From positions 1-52,385 of the IMG/VR virus record IMGVR_UViG_3300044691_000213: DNA of 52,385 nt; one strand, 5' to 3'. The stretch is from a virus. Lineage: Duplodnaviria; Caudoviricetes. Every line of letters begins with the position of its first letter. The stretch's first letter is position 1. Positions 15,144 through 26,400 of this stretch are shown here, piece after piece. The position numbers and the translations under genes were made by a program. The notes under the pieces were generated by a model. It saw nothing but the letters and a program-made list of their open reading frames with translations, did no database searches and was not told where the DNA came from.

Positions 15144-16467
15144 TCGCCTCCGCTCGATCGTCAATCGGGCGACGCAATCCTTCATGCCCAGCCGGGCAAC
15201 GCGGATTGTCTATGTGCAATCGACGATCGCGGGCGTTCGGGTCAGTCCGGACACGGCGCTCCAGCAGGGCGTCGTCTGGGCGTGCACGCAGGTTCTGTCG
15301 AAGTCGGTCGGGCAGTTGCCGTGGCGGGTGATGCAACGGATCGACGCAAAATCGAGCGTGATCGCAGACGGCTACAGCCTAGACTACCTCCTCCACACCC
15401 GGCCGAACCCGGAAATGTCCTCGATGGTCTGGCGTCAGACCATGATGGGCCATGTGCTGCTGTGGGGGAACTGCTACTCCGAGATCGAGCGGGATACCGC
15501 CGGGCGGGTGATCGCGCTCTGGCCGATCGAGCCGGATCGGGTGCAGATCTACCGGCGCCCGGCGACGAACAAGCTTTATTATCAGGTGACGAACCAGACC
15601 AAGGGCATCGCCGAGATCGAGCCCGAGGATATGTTCCATGTCCGCGGGCTGAGCTTCGACGGCATCACCGGCTATCCGGTCGCTGGTTATGCGGCGCAGA
15701 CCATCGGCCTTGCCATGGCGATCGAGCGGTTCGGCGCGGCGTTCTTCGGCAACAACGCGATGCCTGGCGGCTTCATCAAGAACAAGCGGACCAATCTATC
15801 GGCCCCAGCGCGCGAAACGCTGCTGGCGGAAGTGAACGCCAAGCATGGCGGCCCGGATCAGGCATTCAAGGTCCATTATCTCGATGACGATATGGACTTC
15901 CTGCAGAACAAGGTCGAGAACGACAAGGGCCAGTTCATCCAGTCCCGACAGAATCAAGTCGAGGAAATCTGCCGGTGGTTCGGTGTGCCGCCGCACAAGG
16001 TCATGCATCTGCTGCGCTCGACCAACAACAACATCGAGCATCAGGGCATCGAGTTCGTCACAGACGGCATTCTGCCTTGGACCACGCTGTTCGAACAGGA
16101 AGCCGATTTCAAGCTGATCCCGACCAACAGCCGGCGGATCTATACCCGCATGGATGTGCGCGCTCTGCAGCGCGGCGATCTGGCGGCTCGGAGCGCATTC
16201 TATACCGCCATGTTCGACCGCGGCGTGTTTTCGCCGAACGACATCCGCGAGCAAGAGGGCATGAACCCGATCGGCCCGGATGGCGACAAGCGGTTCGTCA
16301 TGTCCACGATGATGACGCTCGACAGTGCCGGCGAGTTGACGGACCCCGAGGGTACGGTCGAGCCGGATCAACCGACGACGGCGGACGACCCGAATGCGGG
16401 TACGACGGATGAGCCAGGCGGCGGCAGCGATGCCGGGTCGGGCGATGGCCCGTCACAGGGAGGGTGA
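15130..16467 (+). CDS. HK97-family portal protein
   Basis: VWAC...VGQLP, PNPEM, WGNCY, FFGNNAMPGG, EICRWFGVPPH, SPNDIREQEG. Confidence 0.95.
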   Translation: MKISDRLRSIVNRATQSFMPSRATRIVYVQSTIAGVRVSPDTALQQGVVWACTQVLSKSVGQLPWRVMQRIDAKSSVIADGYSLDYLLHTRPNPEMSSMVWRQTMMGHVLLWGNCYSEIERDTAGRVIALWPIEPDRVQIYRRPATNKLYYQVTNQTKGIAEIEPEDMFHVRGLSFDGITGYPVAGYAAQTIGLAMAIERFGAAFFGNNAMPGGFIKNKRTNLSAPARETLLAEVNAKHGGPDQAFKVHYLDDDMDFLQNKVENDKGQFIQSRQNQVEEICRWFGVPPHKVMHLLRSTNNNIEHQGIEFVTDGILPWTTLFEQEADFKLIPTNSRRIYTRMDVRALQRGDLAARSAFYTAMFDRGVFSPNDIREQEGMNPIGPDGDKRFVMSTMMTLDSAGELTDPEGTVEPDQPTTADDPNAGTTDEPGGGSDAGSGDGPSQGG

Positions 16468-16468
16468 G

Positions 16469-17233
16469 ATGAACGATCGCCAACTCACCGCCCTGCGCCA
16501 TCTCGATATTCGCAATGAAGCGCCGATCACGGGCGCCCGCGGCTACTCCATGAAGGCGGCCGGTAAGACCGGCGAAATCGTGCTCTATGACAGCATCGGC
16601 GCCGATTGGTTCGGCGGCATCTCGGCCACGCAGTTCAAGGCCGATCTCGACAAGCTCGGCGCGGTGACGCTGATCAACCTGCGGATCAACTCGCCAGGCG
16701 GCCAGGTCTTCGACGGCCTGACCATGCACAACCTCTTGGCCTCGCATAAGGCGCGGGTCGTGACCCACATCGACGGGTTGGCGGCCTCGATCGCCTCGGT
16801 CATCGCCATGGCCGGGGATGAAATCCGCATCGCCGACAATGCCATGATGATGATCCACAACGCGGCCGGCGGCGTGTTCGGCGGCTCCGAAGAGATGCGC
16901 AAGACGGCCGATCTGATGGACACGATTTCGTCGACCATCTGCGGCATCTATTGCAAGCGCAACGGCGAGACCGACGCCACCATGGCGGCGCTGATGGATG
17001 CCGAGACCTGGATGACGGCGGCCGACGCGGTCAAATGCGGCCTGGCCGATAAGGTCGTCGATCCGATGAACGTCGACAATTGCCTCGCGGCCTCGCGCCT
17101 GACCTTCAAGCGCGTCCCTGAGACGCTGAAGACCATCGCGAACACCGCACCCAAGACGAGCCAGAATCGGTTCGCCGCCAAATTCGAAGCGCTGCGCAGC
17201 CGCGCTCTCCGCGAGCAGACGCGCCGCCCCTAG
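16469..17233 (+). CDS. ClpP-like (S14) prohead protease
   Basis: INSPGG, DGLAASIASVIAMAG, MMIHN, ETWMTA. Confidence 0.93.
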   Translation: MNDRQLTALRHLDIRNEAPITGARGYSMKAAGKTGEIVLYDSIGADWFGGISATQFKADLDKLGAVTLINLRINSPGGQVFDGLTMHNLLASHKARVVTHIDGLAASIASVIAMAGDEIRIADNAMMMIHNAAGGVFGGSEEMRKTADLMDTISSTICGIYCKRNGETDATMAALMDAETWMTAADAVKCGLADKVVDPMNVDNCLAASRLTFKRVPETLKTIANTAPKTSQNRFAAKFEALRSRALREQTRRP

Positions 17234-17331
17234 GTTCACCGAGACCGGCCCCGGTTCGGGCCGAGCCCCTATCGCCCTTTGGCAAGGCCGGCCGCCGCGC
17301 CGAACGCGGCACTTCCAAATGGAGACTTCCC

Positions 17332-18786
17332 ATGCTGCACAGCCATTCGCTGTCGGTGCCGGCTGTCCTCGCCCTGCTGGCGGGAAGCCCGAATATTTTC
17401 GTCACCAATGATGCGTCCTCGATCGAGGCCCTGACCGGCCGTCTGATCGAACTGAACGACCGCGCCCAGGAGATCCAGGCCAAGGCGAAGTCCGAGGCCG
17501 ATCGCGATTTCACCGATGACGAATCGAACGAACTCGATGCGATCTTCGCGGGCGTCGAGAAGACCACGGGCGAAATCGCGCGCCGTGAGCGCATCGCCAA
17601 TATCGCGGTCGACCTCGGCACGCCGCGCGGTCGTCAGAGCGAGCCGAACGCCGCCATCCAGGTCGAGGGCGATCACGTTCAGCCTGTCGCTGCGGCCGGC
17701 GCCCCGCGTCGCACCGTTCCAGCAACCGTGATTGTCGATTCTGGCAAGCGCGGCTTCCGCAACATCGGCGACTTCGCCATGTCGGTCGCCCGTGCGGGCA
17801 AGCCGGGCGGTTCGGTCGATCCCCGCCTGATCCAGAACTCGCCCACGACCTGGGGCTCGGAAGGCGTCGGCGCCGATGGCGGCTTCGACGTGCCGCCGGA
17901 TTTCCGCACCAACATCCAGTCGCTGCTGATGGGTGAGGATTCGCTCCTGCCCATGTGCGACCTGATCGAGACGACCTCCAACACCCTGACGATCCCCAAG
18001 GACGAGAACGCCCCGTGGGATACCACGAACGGCATCCAGGCGACGTGGGATGGCGAGGCGACCCAGGCCAATCAGAGCAAGATCCAGCTTGGCGAGAACA
18101 CGATCAAGCTGCACAAGTTGCGGGCGTTGGTGCCGGTCACGTCCGAACTGCTGGACGATGCTGCGGCGCTCGGTTCCTACATCAACAAGAAGGCGCCCGA
18201 GAAGCTGAACTTCAAGGTCAATCTCGCCTTGGTTCAGGGCACGGGCGTCGGCCAGCCCCTGGGCTTCCTGAACGCGCCCGGCACGATCTCGGTCGCCAAG
18301 GAAAGCGGCCAGGCGTCCTCGACCCTGCTGTTCCAGAACATCGTCAAGATGTACGGGCGTTTGTATTCGCCCTACCGCAATGGCGCGGTCTGGCTGGTGA
18401 GCCAGGACATCGAGCAGCAGATCATGCAGATGGCCTTTCCGGTCACGACCTCGGGCGCGCAGATCCCGATGTTCATCCCGGCGGGCGGCATGTCGAACAG
18501 CCCCTATGCGACGCTGATGGGCCGTCCGATGATCTCAACCCAGGCCATGAACGCGCTCGGTTCGCAGGGTGACATCGCGTTCGTCAACATGAAGCAGTAC
18601 ATGGCGGCGCAGAAGGTCGGCGGTATCCGTAGCGACATCTCGATTCATCTGTTCTTCGACTACGACATGACGGCGTTCCGCTTCATCCTGCGCCTCGCCG
18701 GCCAGCCGTGGCGCTCGACCCCGGTCAGCCCGCGCGCTGCCGGCGGGGCGACGCTGTCCGATTTCGTGGTCCTCGACGCCCGCTAA
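17332..18786 (+). CDS. Major capsid protein (HK97 fold with N-terminal delta domain)
   Basis: Coiled N-terminus; DGGFDVP; GTGVGQPLGFL; TLMGRP; FDYDMTAFRF. Confidence 0.95.
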   Translation: MLHSHSLSVPAVLALLAGSPNIFVTNDASSIEALTGRLIELNDRAQEIQAKAKSEADRDFTDDESNELDAIFAGVEKTTGEIARRERIANIAVDLGTPRGRQSEPNAAIQVEGDHVQPVAAAGAPRRTVPATVIVDSGKRGFRNIGDFAMSVARAGKPGGSVDPRLIQNSPTTWGSEGVGADGGFDVPPDFRTNIQSLLMGEDSLLPMCDLIETTSNTLTIPKDENAPWDTTNGIQATWDGEATQANQSKIQLGENTIKLHKLRALVPVTSELLDDAAALGSYINKKAPEKLNFKVNLALVQGTGVGQPLGFLNAPGTISVAKESGQASSTLLFQNIVKMYGRLYSPYRNGAVWLVSQDIEQQIMQMAFPVTTSGAQIPMFIPAGGMSNSPYATLMGRPMISTQAMNALGSQGDIAFVNMKQYMAAQKVGGIRSDISIHLFFDYDMTAFRFILRLAGQPWRSTPVSPRAAGGATLSDFVVLDAR

Positions 18787-18850
18787 TTCCTGAGAGCGGC
18801 GCGGCTCCGGTCGCGCCGGCCTTTCTCGACCCATCACAAGGAATACCGTC

Positions 18851-19348
18851 ATGGCGCTTTCGAACAACCTCTTTGTCGAGGAAAACCATGTCGTGGTTGC
18901 GCTCAGCAACACGACCCCGTCCTCGTCCTCGCCGGCCCGCGTCTCGCTCAAGAATTACGAGCGCTGCGTCATTCTCATTCAGGCGCTGAATGCGACCACC
19001 GTCACCGGCTCGGCCATTACGCTGAAGCAGGCGACCGACATCGCCAATGCGAACACGGATGAGAAGGCCGTCGCCTTCTCGACCGCCTATCGCATCCTCG
19101 ACACCGCTGCCGGCGACACGCTGTCGTCCTTCGCAGTCGCGGCCAGCACCTTCACCACGGACGCGACCAATTCCAAGAGCCTGCTGTACGTGATCGAAGT
19201 CGACCCGACGATGCTCGATGTCAACAACGGCTTCGACTGCCTGCGCGTCGGCACCGGCAACGCCACCGCCTCCACGCTGACGGTGACGATGATCCTGACC
19301 GGGGCCAAGTACGGAAAGTCGTTCCCGGCGACCGCTGTCACGAACTAA
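18851..19348 (+). CDS. Probable capsid decoration/structural protein
   Basis: Beta-rich protein directly after the capsid gene and before a terminator. Confidence 0.6.
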   Translation: MALSNNLFVEENHVVVALSNTTPSSSSPARVSLKNYERCVILIQALNATTVTGSAITLKQATDIANANTDEKAVAFSTAYRILDTAAGDTLSSFAVAASTFTTDATNSKSLLYVIEVDPTMLDVNNGFDCLRVGTGNATASTLTVTMILTGAKYGKSFPATAVTN

Positions 19349-19362
19349 GCCTGATCGTCCAT

Positions 19363-19390
19363 AAGACCGCTCCTTCGGGGGCGGTCTTTT
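19363..19390 (+). terminator. Rho-independent terminator
   Basis: AAGACCGCTCC-TTCG-GGGGCGGTCTTTT. Confidence 0.88.
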
Positions 19391-19406
19391 ACTTGGAGTC
19401 TGCCGC

Positions 19407-19769
19407 ATGTCGGACGCAACGAAGGTCGTTCGCTTCACGCGGACTGAAAAATATAAGTGCGAAGAGACGGTGCATTACTATCGCGAAGGCGATGTGCATC
19501 GCTTCATCGATGATTTCGCCAACAAGTGGCTGCAGTTGCAGGCCGCCGTGCTGGCCGAGGGCGACTTCGCCGATCTGGAATTGACGCCGCGCCCCGAGCC
19601 GCATGTGCCCGGTGTGCCGGTCGCCAGCGCGCCGACCGTGTTCGAGAAGCCGCGCCGCAAGGCCGCGCCTGCACCGGAACCAGTCGTGCCCACTCCCGAG
19701 CCCGCGCCGGCTGTCCCAGTCGTCGAGCTGGCCGCTCCTGTGCCCGTCGCGCCCGCCCCCGCCTCGTAA
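19407..19769 (+). CDS. Hypothetical protein with Pro/Ala/Val-rich tail
   Basis: GGAG RBS; head-tail region. Confidence 0.65.
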   Translation: MSDATKVVRFTRTEKYKCEETVHYYREGDVHRFIDDFANKWLQLQAAVLAEGDFADLELTPRPEPHVPGVPVASAPTVFEKPRRKAAPAPEPVVPTPEPAPAVPVVELAAPVPVAPAPAS

Positions 19770-19795
19770 CCTCCGACTGACGCGGGAGCCGCATC

Positions 19796-20152
19796 ATGCC
19801 CGGCTATATCGATCTTGAAGTCTTCCCGGCCACGATCCTCAGCGGCACAGCCCTGTCGGCCGCCGTCAATATCGGCTCCAAGCAGATCGTCGGCATCGCC
19901 ATGCCGGCCGCCTGGACCGCCGCATCGATCTCGCTGCAAGTCAGCCTGGACGGCGGCACGACCTGGCTGGAACTGATCAACACCGCCGGCGCGGTGTCCT
20001 ATACCGTGGCCGCCAGCCAGTTCCTGGCGCTCGACCCCGCGACCCTTCATGGCGTGAATGCGATCAAGGTCCGGTCGGGCACGTCCGGTTCCGCAGTGAA
20101 CCAAGGCGCGGATCGCATCGTCGGCCTCGCGGTTCGTTCGCTGATCGCCTGA
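19796..20152 (+). CDS. Hypothetical structural protein
   Basis: GGAG RBS; beta-rich; head-tail region. Confidence 0.65.
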   Translation: MPGYIDLEVFPATILSGTALSAAVNIGSKQIVGIAMPAAWTAASISLQVSLDGGTTWLELINTAGAVSYTVAASQFLALDPATLHGVNAIKVRSGTSGSAVNQGADRIVGLAVRSLIA

Positions 20153-20154
20153 TC

Positions 20155-20808
20155 ATGGACCGCATCGTTACCGTTACCGTCCCGGCAACATCGCGCGATC
20201 TGACCACGATCGCCCGCGTCAAGCTCAACCTGGGCATCACGGACACGAACAGCGACACGCTGCTATCGGGACTGGTGACGGGCGCGAGCGGTGCCGCCGC
20301 CAAGTTCTGCAAGCGCGCGCTGATATCGGAGACCGTCTCGGAGCGGTATCGCGCCTATCCGTTCGTTGACAGCGCGTCACTGACCAACCACCCGTCCTAT
20401 CTCTATCTGACCCGTCGCCCGGTCACGGCGATTGCCTCGATCGTCGAGGATGATGTAGCGCTGACGGCGGGAACCGATTTCGAATACGACGGCGAGACCG
20501 GCAAGCTGATCCGGCTGCATTCCGACCTGCCGACGCGTTGGCGCTTCCGCAAGCTGACCGTCGTCTATACCGGCGGCTACACCTATCCGGCCCTGATCCA
20601 GTCCCAGGCGCCCGATATCGAGAATGCGGTCGTCGAACTCGTCAAGGATCTCTGGTTCTCCAAGGGCCGCGACCCGCTGCTGAAAAGCATCGACCAGGCA
20701 TCCGGCATCGGCCGCCAGGAATGGTGGGTCGGCTCGACGGGCCAAGTCGGTGATTGGCCGCAGAAGTTCGTCGATTTCCTTGCTCCCTATGTCGACGGGG
20801 GCTTCTGA
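20155..20808 (+). CDS. Head-tail connector/adaptor (gp6-like)
   Basis: LTTIARVKLNLGI...DTLLSGL; VVYTGGY...PDIENAVVELV. Confidence 0.8.
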   Translation: MDRIVTVTVPATSRDLTTIARVKLNLGITDTNSDTLLSGLVTGASGAAAKFCKRALISETVSERYRAYPFVDSASLTNHPSYLYLTRRPVTAIASIVEDDVALTAGTDFEYDGETGKLIRLHSDLPTRWRFRKLTVVYTGGYTYPALIQSQAPDIENAVVELVKDLWFSKGRDPLLKSIDQASGIGRQEWWVGSTGQVGDWPQKFVDFLAPYVDGGF

Positions 20809-21308
20809 TGTACGAGATGAAGGTCTCGCTCGTCGGCAGCAACAGCGTGCGCCAGCGCTTCGAGCGCATGCCGGTCGAGATCCACGACGCGCTGAAGGAC
20901 AAGCTTGAGACGGTACGCGGTCGGCTTGAAGCCGCTGTGCTGGCGGCGACACCGTACGGGACGGGGCGCGGACCGCTTGGTCATCTTCGTGATCTGATCC
21001 AATCCGGCCTGGAGGATCGCCAAGGCCGCATCCGCGCCTGGGTGTCGTATGCCGGCAACGCGGATTTCAAGAAGATCTCGGCACTCGAATACGGCAACGA
21101 CAAGGTCTTCGACATTAAGGCGGCGACACGCCAGCGCAGCGTCGTCTTTGGCCGAATGGTGACCCCGTTCCAATTGTCCGTCAGCGCCTATAGCCGCCTG
21201 AACAACATCGTCGCAATGCGGTTCCTGCGCGATTCGTTCGATCAGTTCGGAAAGCCCGCGCTGGAAGACATGAAGGCAGCGGCCCAAACGGCGGCAGAAA
21301 AAGCATGA
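20808..21308 (+). CDS. HK97 gp10-like tail completion protein
   Basis: TPYGTG..HLRDLI, LEYG, RFLRDS. Confidence 0.65.
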   Translation: MYEMKVSLVGSNSVRQRFERMPVEIHDALKDKLETVRGRLEAAVLAATPYGTGRGPLGHLRDLIQSGLEDRQGRIRAWVSYAGNADFKKISALEYGNDKVFDIKAATRQRSVVFGRMVTPFQLSVSAYSRLNNIVAMRFLRDSFDQFGKPALEDMKAAAQTAAEKA

Positions 21309-21736
21309 ACGTCTCCCGCGAGACCGTCGAGGCGGCGCTGTTCGCGCTGCTGTCGGCATCCGCCAGTTTCGCCACGACCGGCCGCCGGCTCAAATATTGG
21401 GGCGATGTCGCCGAGCAGCCGGCCCTGTTCCTGCGGTCGACCGGTGAGCATCACGCCGTGCAAGAGGGCTGGGGCCAGCCGCAGAAGGTCATCCTCGAAT
21501 ACGACGTGTTCATCTACGTCAAGACCGGCTCACCCACGGCAATCCCGAGCCAAGCCATCAGCCCATTGCTGGATGCGCTCGACGCGGCCCTGAAACCGTC
21601 ACCCATGACCGGCGTGCAGCAGTTGGGCGTCCCTGCCGTGCAGCATTGCTGGCGCGAAGGCCATACCCCGATCGATACCGGCGACGCGATGGATCAGGCC
21701 GTCGCCGTCGCGTCGATCCGCGTTCTCGTCGTCTAG
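21305..21736 (+). CDS. Tail terminator-like protein
   Basis: RETVEAALFALL...QPALF...LLDALDAAL; position before the tail tube. Confidence 0.7.
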   Translation: MNVSRETVEAALFALLSASASFATTGRRLKYWGDVAEQPALFLRSTGEHHAVQEGWGQPQKVILEYDVFIYVKTGSPTAIPSQAISPLLDALDAALKPSPMTGVQQLGVPAVQHCWREGHTPIDTGDAMDQAVAVASIRVLVV

Positions 21737-21747
21737 GAGATCCCGAT

Positions 21748-21984
21748 ATGTCCGATGAGATCGAACCGGCAGACGCCGGTCCCGAAGTGCTGCCCGAACC
21801 GATCCCGGAACCCGTTGCGGCACCCGTTCCCGCACCCGATCCGGCCGGTGAACTCGTCTCCCGCTGGGTCTTTGACTGTATCCACAACTCGCCGGTCGCC
21901 CAAGCGACCGAGGCCTTCAACCATTTGGTGACGACCGCTCTGCCCGAGCTTCGGCGCCGTCTCGAATCTCTGGGCAAGGAGTAA
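21748..21984 (+). CDS. Hypothetical protein
   Basis: AGGAG RBS. Confidence 0.6.
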   Translation: MSDEIEPADAGPEVLPEPIPEPVAAPVPAPDPAGELVSRWVFDCIHNSPVAQATEAFNHLVTTALPELRRRLESLGKE

Positions 21985-21989
21985 TCACG

Positions 21990-22727
21990 ATGCCTTTCGC
22001 AGTCTTCGGTCCCGGCACGGTCTACGTCCAGCGCACGGACATCGCCAACGCCACCCCGGTCAATGTCGGTTATGCCAACGAGTTCTCGATCGATGAATCG
22101 AGCACGACCAAGTCGCTCTACGGCGAAAACCAGTATCCGCTCGTCACCGCCCGCGGCACGGTCAAGACGACCGGCAAGTTGAAGGCGGCGATGATCTCGG
22201 GCATCGCGCTCGATGTCTACCACGGCCAGGGCCTGACCACCGGCCAGTTGCTCGTCGCCGTGCGCGAGGCCGGCACCGTGCCGGCGTCTACGACCTATAC
22301 CGTCACGGTCGCTAACTCGGCGACCTTCGACACGGATCTTGGCGTGGTCTATGCCTCGAACAATCTGCCCTTCGCCAAGGTCGCATCGGGGCCGACGATC
22401 GGCCAATATTCGGTCGCGGCGGGTGTCTATACCTTCGCCGCTGCGGATGCGAGTGTCGCGGTCGGGATCAGCTACGCATCCACGGCGACGGGCGGCCAGA
22501 AGAAGATCGTCACCAACAAGAAGATCGGCACGACCCCGACATTCCAGTTGGATTATGCCACGTCGCTGAATGGCAACCCGTATGTCGTGCGGCTGTTCCA
22601 GGTCATCGCGTCGAAGCTAACCCAGCAGTTCAAGCTGGAGGACTTCATGATGCCGGAACTTGACTTCGAATATTTCGCCAATGCGGCGGGTCAAGTCTAC
22701 GAGGTCTCATATCCGCAGGTTGGGTGA
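21990..22727 (+). CDS. Major tail tube protein
   Basis: FGPGTVY...KSLYGENQYPL...KLEDFMMPELDF; position before the chaperones. Confidence 0.82.
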   Translation: MPFAVFGPGTVYVQRTDIANATPVNVGYANEFSIDESSTTKSLYGENQYPLVTARGTVKTTGKLKAAMISGIALDVYHGQGLTTGQLLVAVREAGTVPASTTYTVTVANSATFDTDLGVVYASNNLPFAKVASGPTIGQYSVAAGVYTFAAADASVAVGISYASTATGGQKKIVTNKKIGTTPTFQLDYATSLNGNPYVVRLFQVIASKLTQQFKLEDFMMPELDFEYFANAAGQVYEVSYPQVG

Positions 22728-22732
22728 TATAG

Positions 22733-23155
22733 ATGACTGAGCCCAACGCCGCCTTCCTGGATGGTGTGACCCCCACGGTTACGCTGTCCGGCAGGGACTG
22801 GCCGATTCCGACCATGGCGATCAAGCAGAATCGCCGTCTGCATCCGGTCCTCATTCGCTTGGCCGCCCGCATCCTCGGCAAAGAGACGCTCACCTTGGGC
22901 GATCTCTCCGAAGAGGATTTGGACGATCTGGCGGATGCAACCTTCGTCGGCTTGACGAGGGCACATCCAAGCCTGACGCGGGCCGAGTTCGAGGACATGA
23001 CGGCGACGCCGCTCGATCTCGTTGGGGCGGCTGGCGTGATCCTGTTCCAGACCGGCATGTGGGTCCGCAAGGACGCCAAATCGGGGGAAGCCAGGGGGGT
23101 CCCGACGAGCCCCCCGACTTCGACCGAATCGTCGCCCGCGTCTCCCGCCGCCTAA
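22733..23155 (+). CDS. Tail assembly chaperone (G-like)
   Basis: Between tube and tape measure; contains a slippery site. Confidence 0.8.
   Translation: MTEPNAAFLDGVTPTVTLSGRDWPIPTMAIKQNRRLHPVLIRLAARILGKETLTLGDLSEEDLDDLADATFVGLTRAHPSLTRAEFEDMTATPLDLVGAAGVILFQTGMWVRKDAKSGEARGVPTSPPTSTESSPASPAA
23083..23089 (+). other. Programmed -1 frameshift slippery site G GGG GAA
   Basis: In-frame TCG GGG GAA; the -1 frame stays open to 23385. Confidence 0.75.
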
Positions 23156-23385
23156 GCCGGCCCTGGGACGAAATCGAAGACACATTAACGATCGATCGGT
23201 GGCAGGCCTACGAGCGCGAATGGCGCGACTGTCCGCCGGTTGACGAACTCGTCGCCCATTATCTGGGCTACGAGAAACCCATCGATATCAAGCAAGCACA
23301 AGCCAGCGGCCAGAGCATGGACGCCGCCGCCTTTGCCCGTTGGGTCGAGGCGACGGGCGGCAAGAAACTCGGTCCCGGCTCTTGA
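23086..23385 (+). CDS. Tail assembly chaperone frameshift extension (GT-like)
   Basis: -1 frame ORF ...PDFDRIVARV...WRDCPPVDELVAHYLGY with no good independent start. Confidence 0.75.
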   Translation, partial: GSQGGPDEPPDFDRIVARVSRRLSRPWDEIEDTLTIDRWQAYEREWRDCPPVDELVAHYLGYEKPIDIKQAQASGQSMDAAAFARWVEATGGKKLGPGS

Positions 23386-23410
23386 GCGGGATCGGTAAGG
23401 GGAGGGGCTT

Positions 23411-26400
23411 ATGTCGAATCTGACCCTGTCCCTGACCGCCAATATCTCCGACGCCCAGACCAAGCTTGCGGTCCTGCGTTCTGCCTTGACTGATGTCAAC
23501 GCCACGGTTCGCCAACAATCGGCCGCCTATGTCGAGGCCGACAACGCCGCCCGAGCGACGATGCTTCCGGCGTTGCAGGCTGTGACAGCCGAGCAGAAGA
23601 ACCTGCAGGCCGGCGTCAATGCCGCGACGATCGCGGTCAAGGGGCACGGCGAAGCGCACCAGGGCCTATTCGCCAAGCTTCAGCAGAACCGTGCAGCCCT
23701 CCAGGAAGTCGAACACTCCATCCGCGCCAGCATGGATGCGCTCGCGGCCGGCGCCTCGCCGATGAAGGTTGCCAGCCAGGAACTTCCGCGCATCATCCAG
23801 GCCTTCACCGAACTGAATGGCGTTTCGCTCTCGACGGTCCTGGCGATGGCAGGGGTTGCGGCGGGAGTGATCGCGGTCGGCGGCGGTCTGGCGGCCTTGG
23901 TCATCCATGCCGAGAACGTCGATGAGATGTTCGGCAAGATGCAGGCCGCCTTTGAGGCGACGGGCCGGGGCACCGAATTCACGCGCGCCGGGGCGATCGT
24001 ACTTATCGATGCGCTGCGCTCGCTGCATGGCGTCTCGACCCAGAACGCCGAAGACATGGTACAGGGCTTCGCCCGCATCCGCACGATCGGCATCGGCTCG
24101 TTCCTCGATCTCGGGACCGCCGTTGCGGGCTATGCGCGCGTTTCGGGCGGCGATGTCAAATCGGCACAGGAGACGCTGACTCGCGCGCTTGAGGGCGGCT
24201 ATGAGAGCGTCCGTAAGCTCGATGAGCAATGGCAGATCTTCACGCCCGGGCAGGCCGAGATCGCGCGTAAATTCAGCGATACCGGCGACAAGGCCGGGTT
24301 CATGGGCGTGGCGATTTCAGCGCTCAAAGACAAATTCGGCGCGCTGATCGATACCGGCCTGACTCCGACGCAAAAGGCTTCGAATGACCTCGGCGTGGCA
24401 TGGAACAATCTCATGCACACGTTCGGCCAGAACTCAGCCATCAACGGCGCGCGCGATGCGATTGCCCGTCTGCTGGAGACGATGGCCGGCGGGATCAATA
24501 CCGATGCCCTAGAGACCGCCAAGGCGAAACTCACCGAACTGCAGCAGATCAAAACCAATTCCAATCCGAACAATCCGCTCGATGCCGTCTTCTTGCCGGG
24601 CATCGACCGCGATATCGCGAAGCTACAGGATTTTATCGCGCTTCAGGAAAAGGCTAAGGCCGCCGCGATCCCGACCGGTGAGGCAGTCCCAGACGCGCAG
24701 CAGGAACTGACCAAGCAGGCGCTGGACGATTACCACAAGCAGACCGCCGCCAAGGCCGAACAGGAGAAGATCGAGAACAAGATCGCCGAATACCAGAAGG
24801 CGCAGCAGGGCACGACCGGAGAGACCTTCGACGCGCTCCAGCACGGCATCGACGCGTTGCGGGTCAAGATGCAGTCGCTCAAGGATGCCGGCGGCCAGAC
24901 GATCGTCCAACAGCTTCAGGTCGAACTAGATCAGCGCATCGCCAAGGAGCAGGTGTTCGGCGCTCAGGCGAAGGCGCTCGAACTGAAGTTCTGGACCGAT
25001 AAACTCGCGCTCATCAAGACGGCCGCCGATCAGGCCAATGGCGAAATAGAGGCCGGCAGCCGCGCCGCCTACCAGATCCAGCAGAAGGCGTTCACGCTCA
25101 GCCAAGCTGTGCATTCGGAAGAAGTTGCCGCGACCAAGAAGGAAATCGCCGAGAAGAAACAGGCGACCGAGCAATGGTGGCGCGACTACTCGACCGGCAT
25201 GGAACAGGCCATCAAGCAGTCCGCTGGCAACTACGATCAGATGAAGGCGCTCGCCAAGGACTGGGAAGATACCGGAAAGATCCTATTCGGCGATCATATC
25301 GCGCATTTCAAATCCGCCTCCGACGCCATCTTGAAGATCGATGCCGAGGAAAAGGCGCAACTGCGCAAGAATGCCGAGAAGGAAGCGGCATTCGAGGCCG
25401 AGCAGGCGCGCCATGCGCAAGCCATGAGCCAGATCCAGGCCAAGCCGGATGCCGGCGAGTTCAAGGTCAATGCCTTCGATCTGGTGTTCTCCGATGGCGC
25501 GACCAAGCTTCAGGAGCAGATCCAGGCGCAATCCGACGCGCTGACGACCGGGCTTAGGGCGGAACTGGCCGATCTCCAATCCGAGATGGAGGCCGCGACC
25601 ACGGCCGGCGATTCCAATCGATATCAGGCGGCGCTTGACAAGCAGGTTGAGGCGCAGGCACGCACGACCCAGCAGATCACGGCATTGCAGGCTCGGGCCG
25701 CGACGGCCACTGAGGCCGCCTGGGAAAAGGCGCTATCGCCGATCGATCGGGCGTTCAGTTCGTCGGTCCAAGGCATCCTGGAAGGCACGCAGACCACGGC
25801 GCAGGCCATGAACAAGCTGGCCGAATCCATCGTCATGTCGTTCATCAATGCGGCCGAACAGGATCTCGTGCATTGGATTGCCCACGAGCTCGCGAAGACG
25901 ACCGCGACCACGACGGGTACGGCCACACGAAAGGGCGTTGTCGCGGCCGGAGCCACGTCGGAGACGGTTGCGGAGAACGCGAGCGGCGTTGCCTATGCGG
26001 GCGTCGAGACGGCGAAGACCGCCGCAGCGGTCGAGGGATCGACGATACGGTCGACCGCTGCAACGGGAGAGGCCGCCGCGGGCAAGGCCGAATCCGCTGC
26101 GGCAGGCTCAACCTCGATCATGAACGATGCCTATAAGGCCGCCGCCGCGACCTATGCGAACGTCGCAGAGATCCCCTATGTCGGCTGGATCTTGGCGCCA
26201 GTTGCGGCGGCAGGAGCCTTTGCCGCCGTCGCGGCCTACGATGTGCTGTCGGCTGAGGGCGGCGCGTGGGAGATCAACGGCACCACGCCGGCCGTGCTCC
26301 ACCATCAGGAATCGGTGCTCCCCGCCGCCGTTGCGGCACCGATGCGTGATTTCTTCTCGAATGGTGCGGCCGGCGCGCTGCAATTGTCCGTGCCGCAGAT

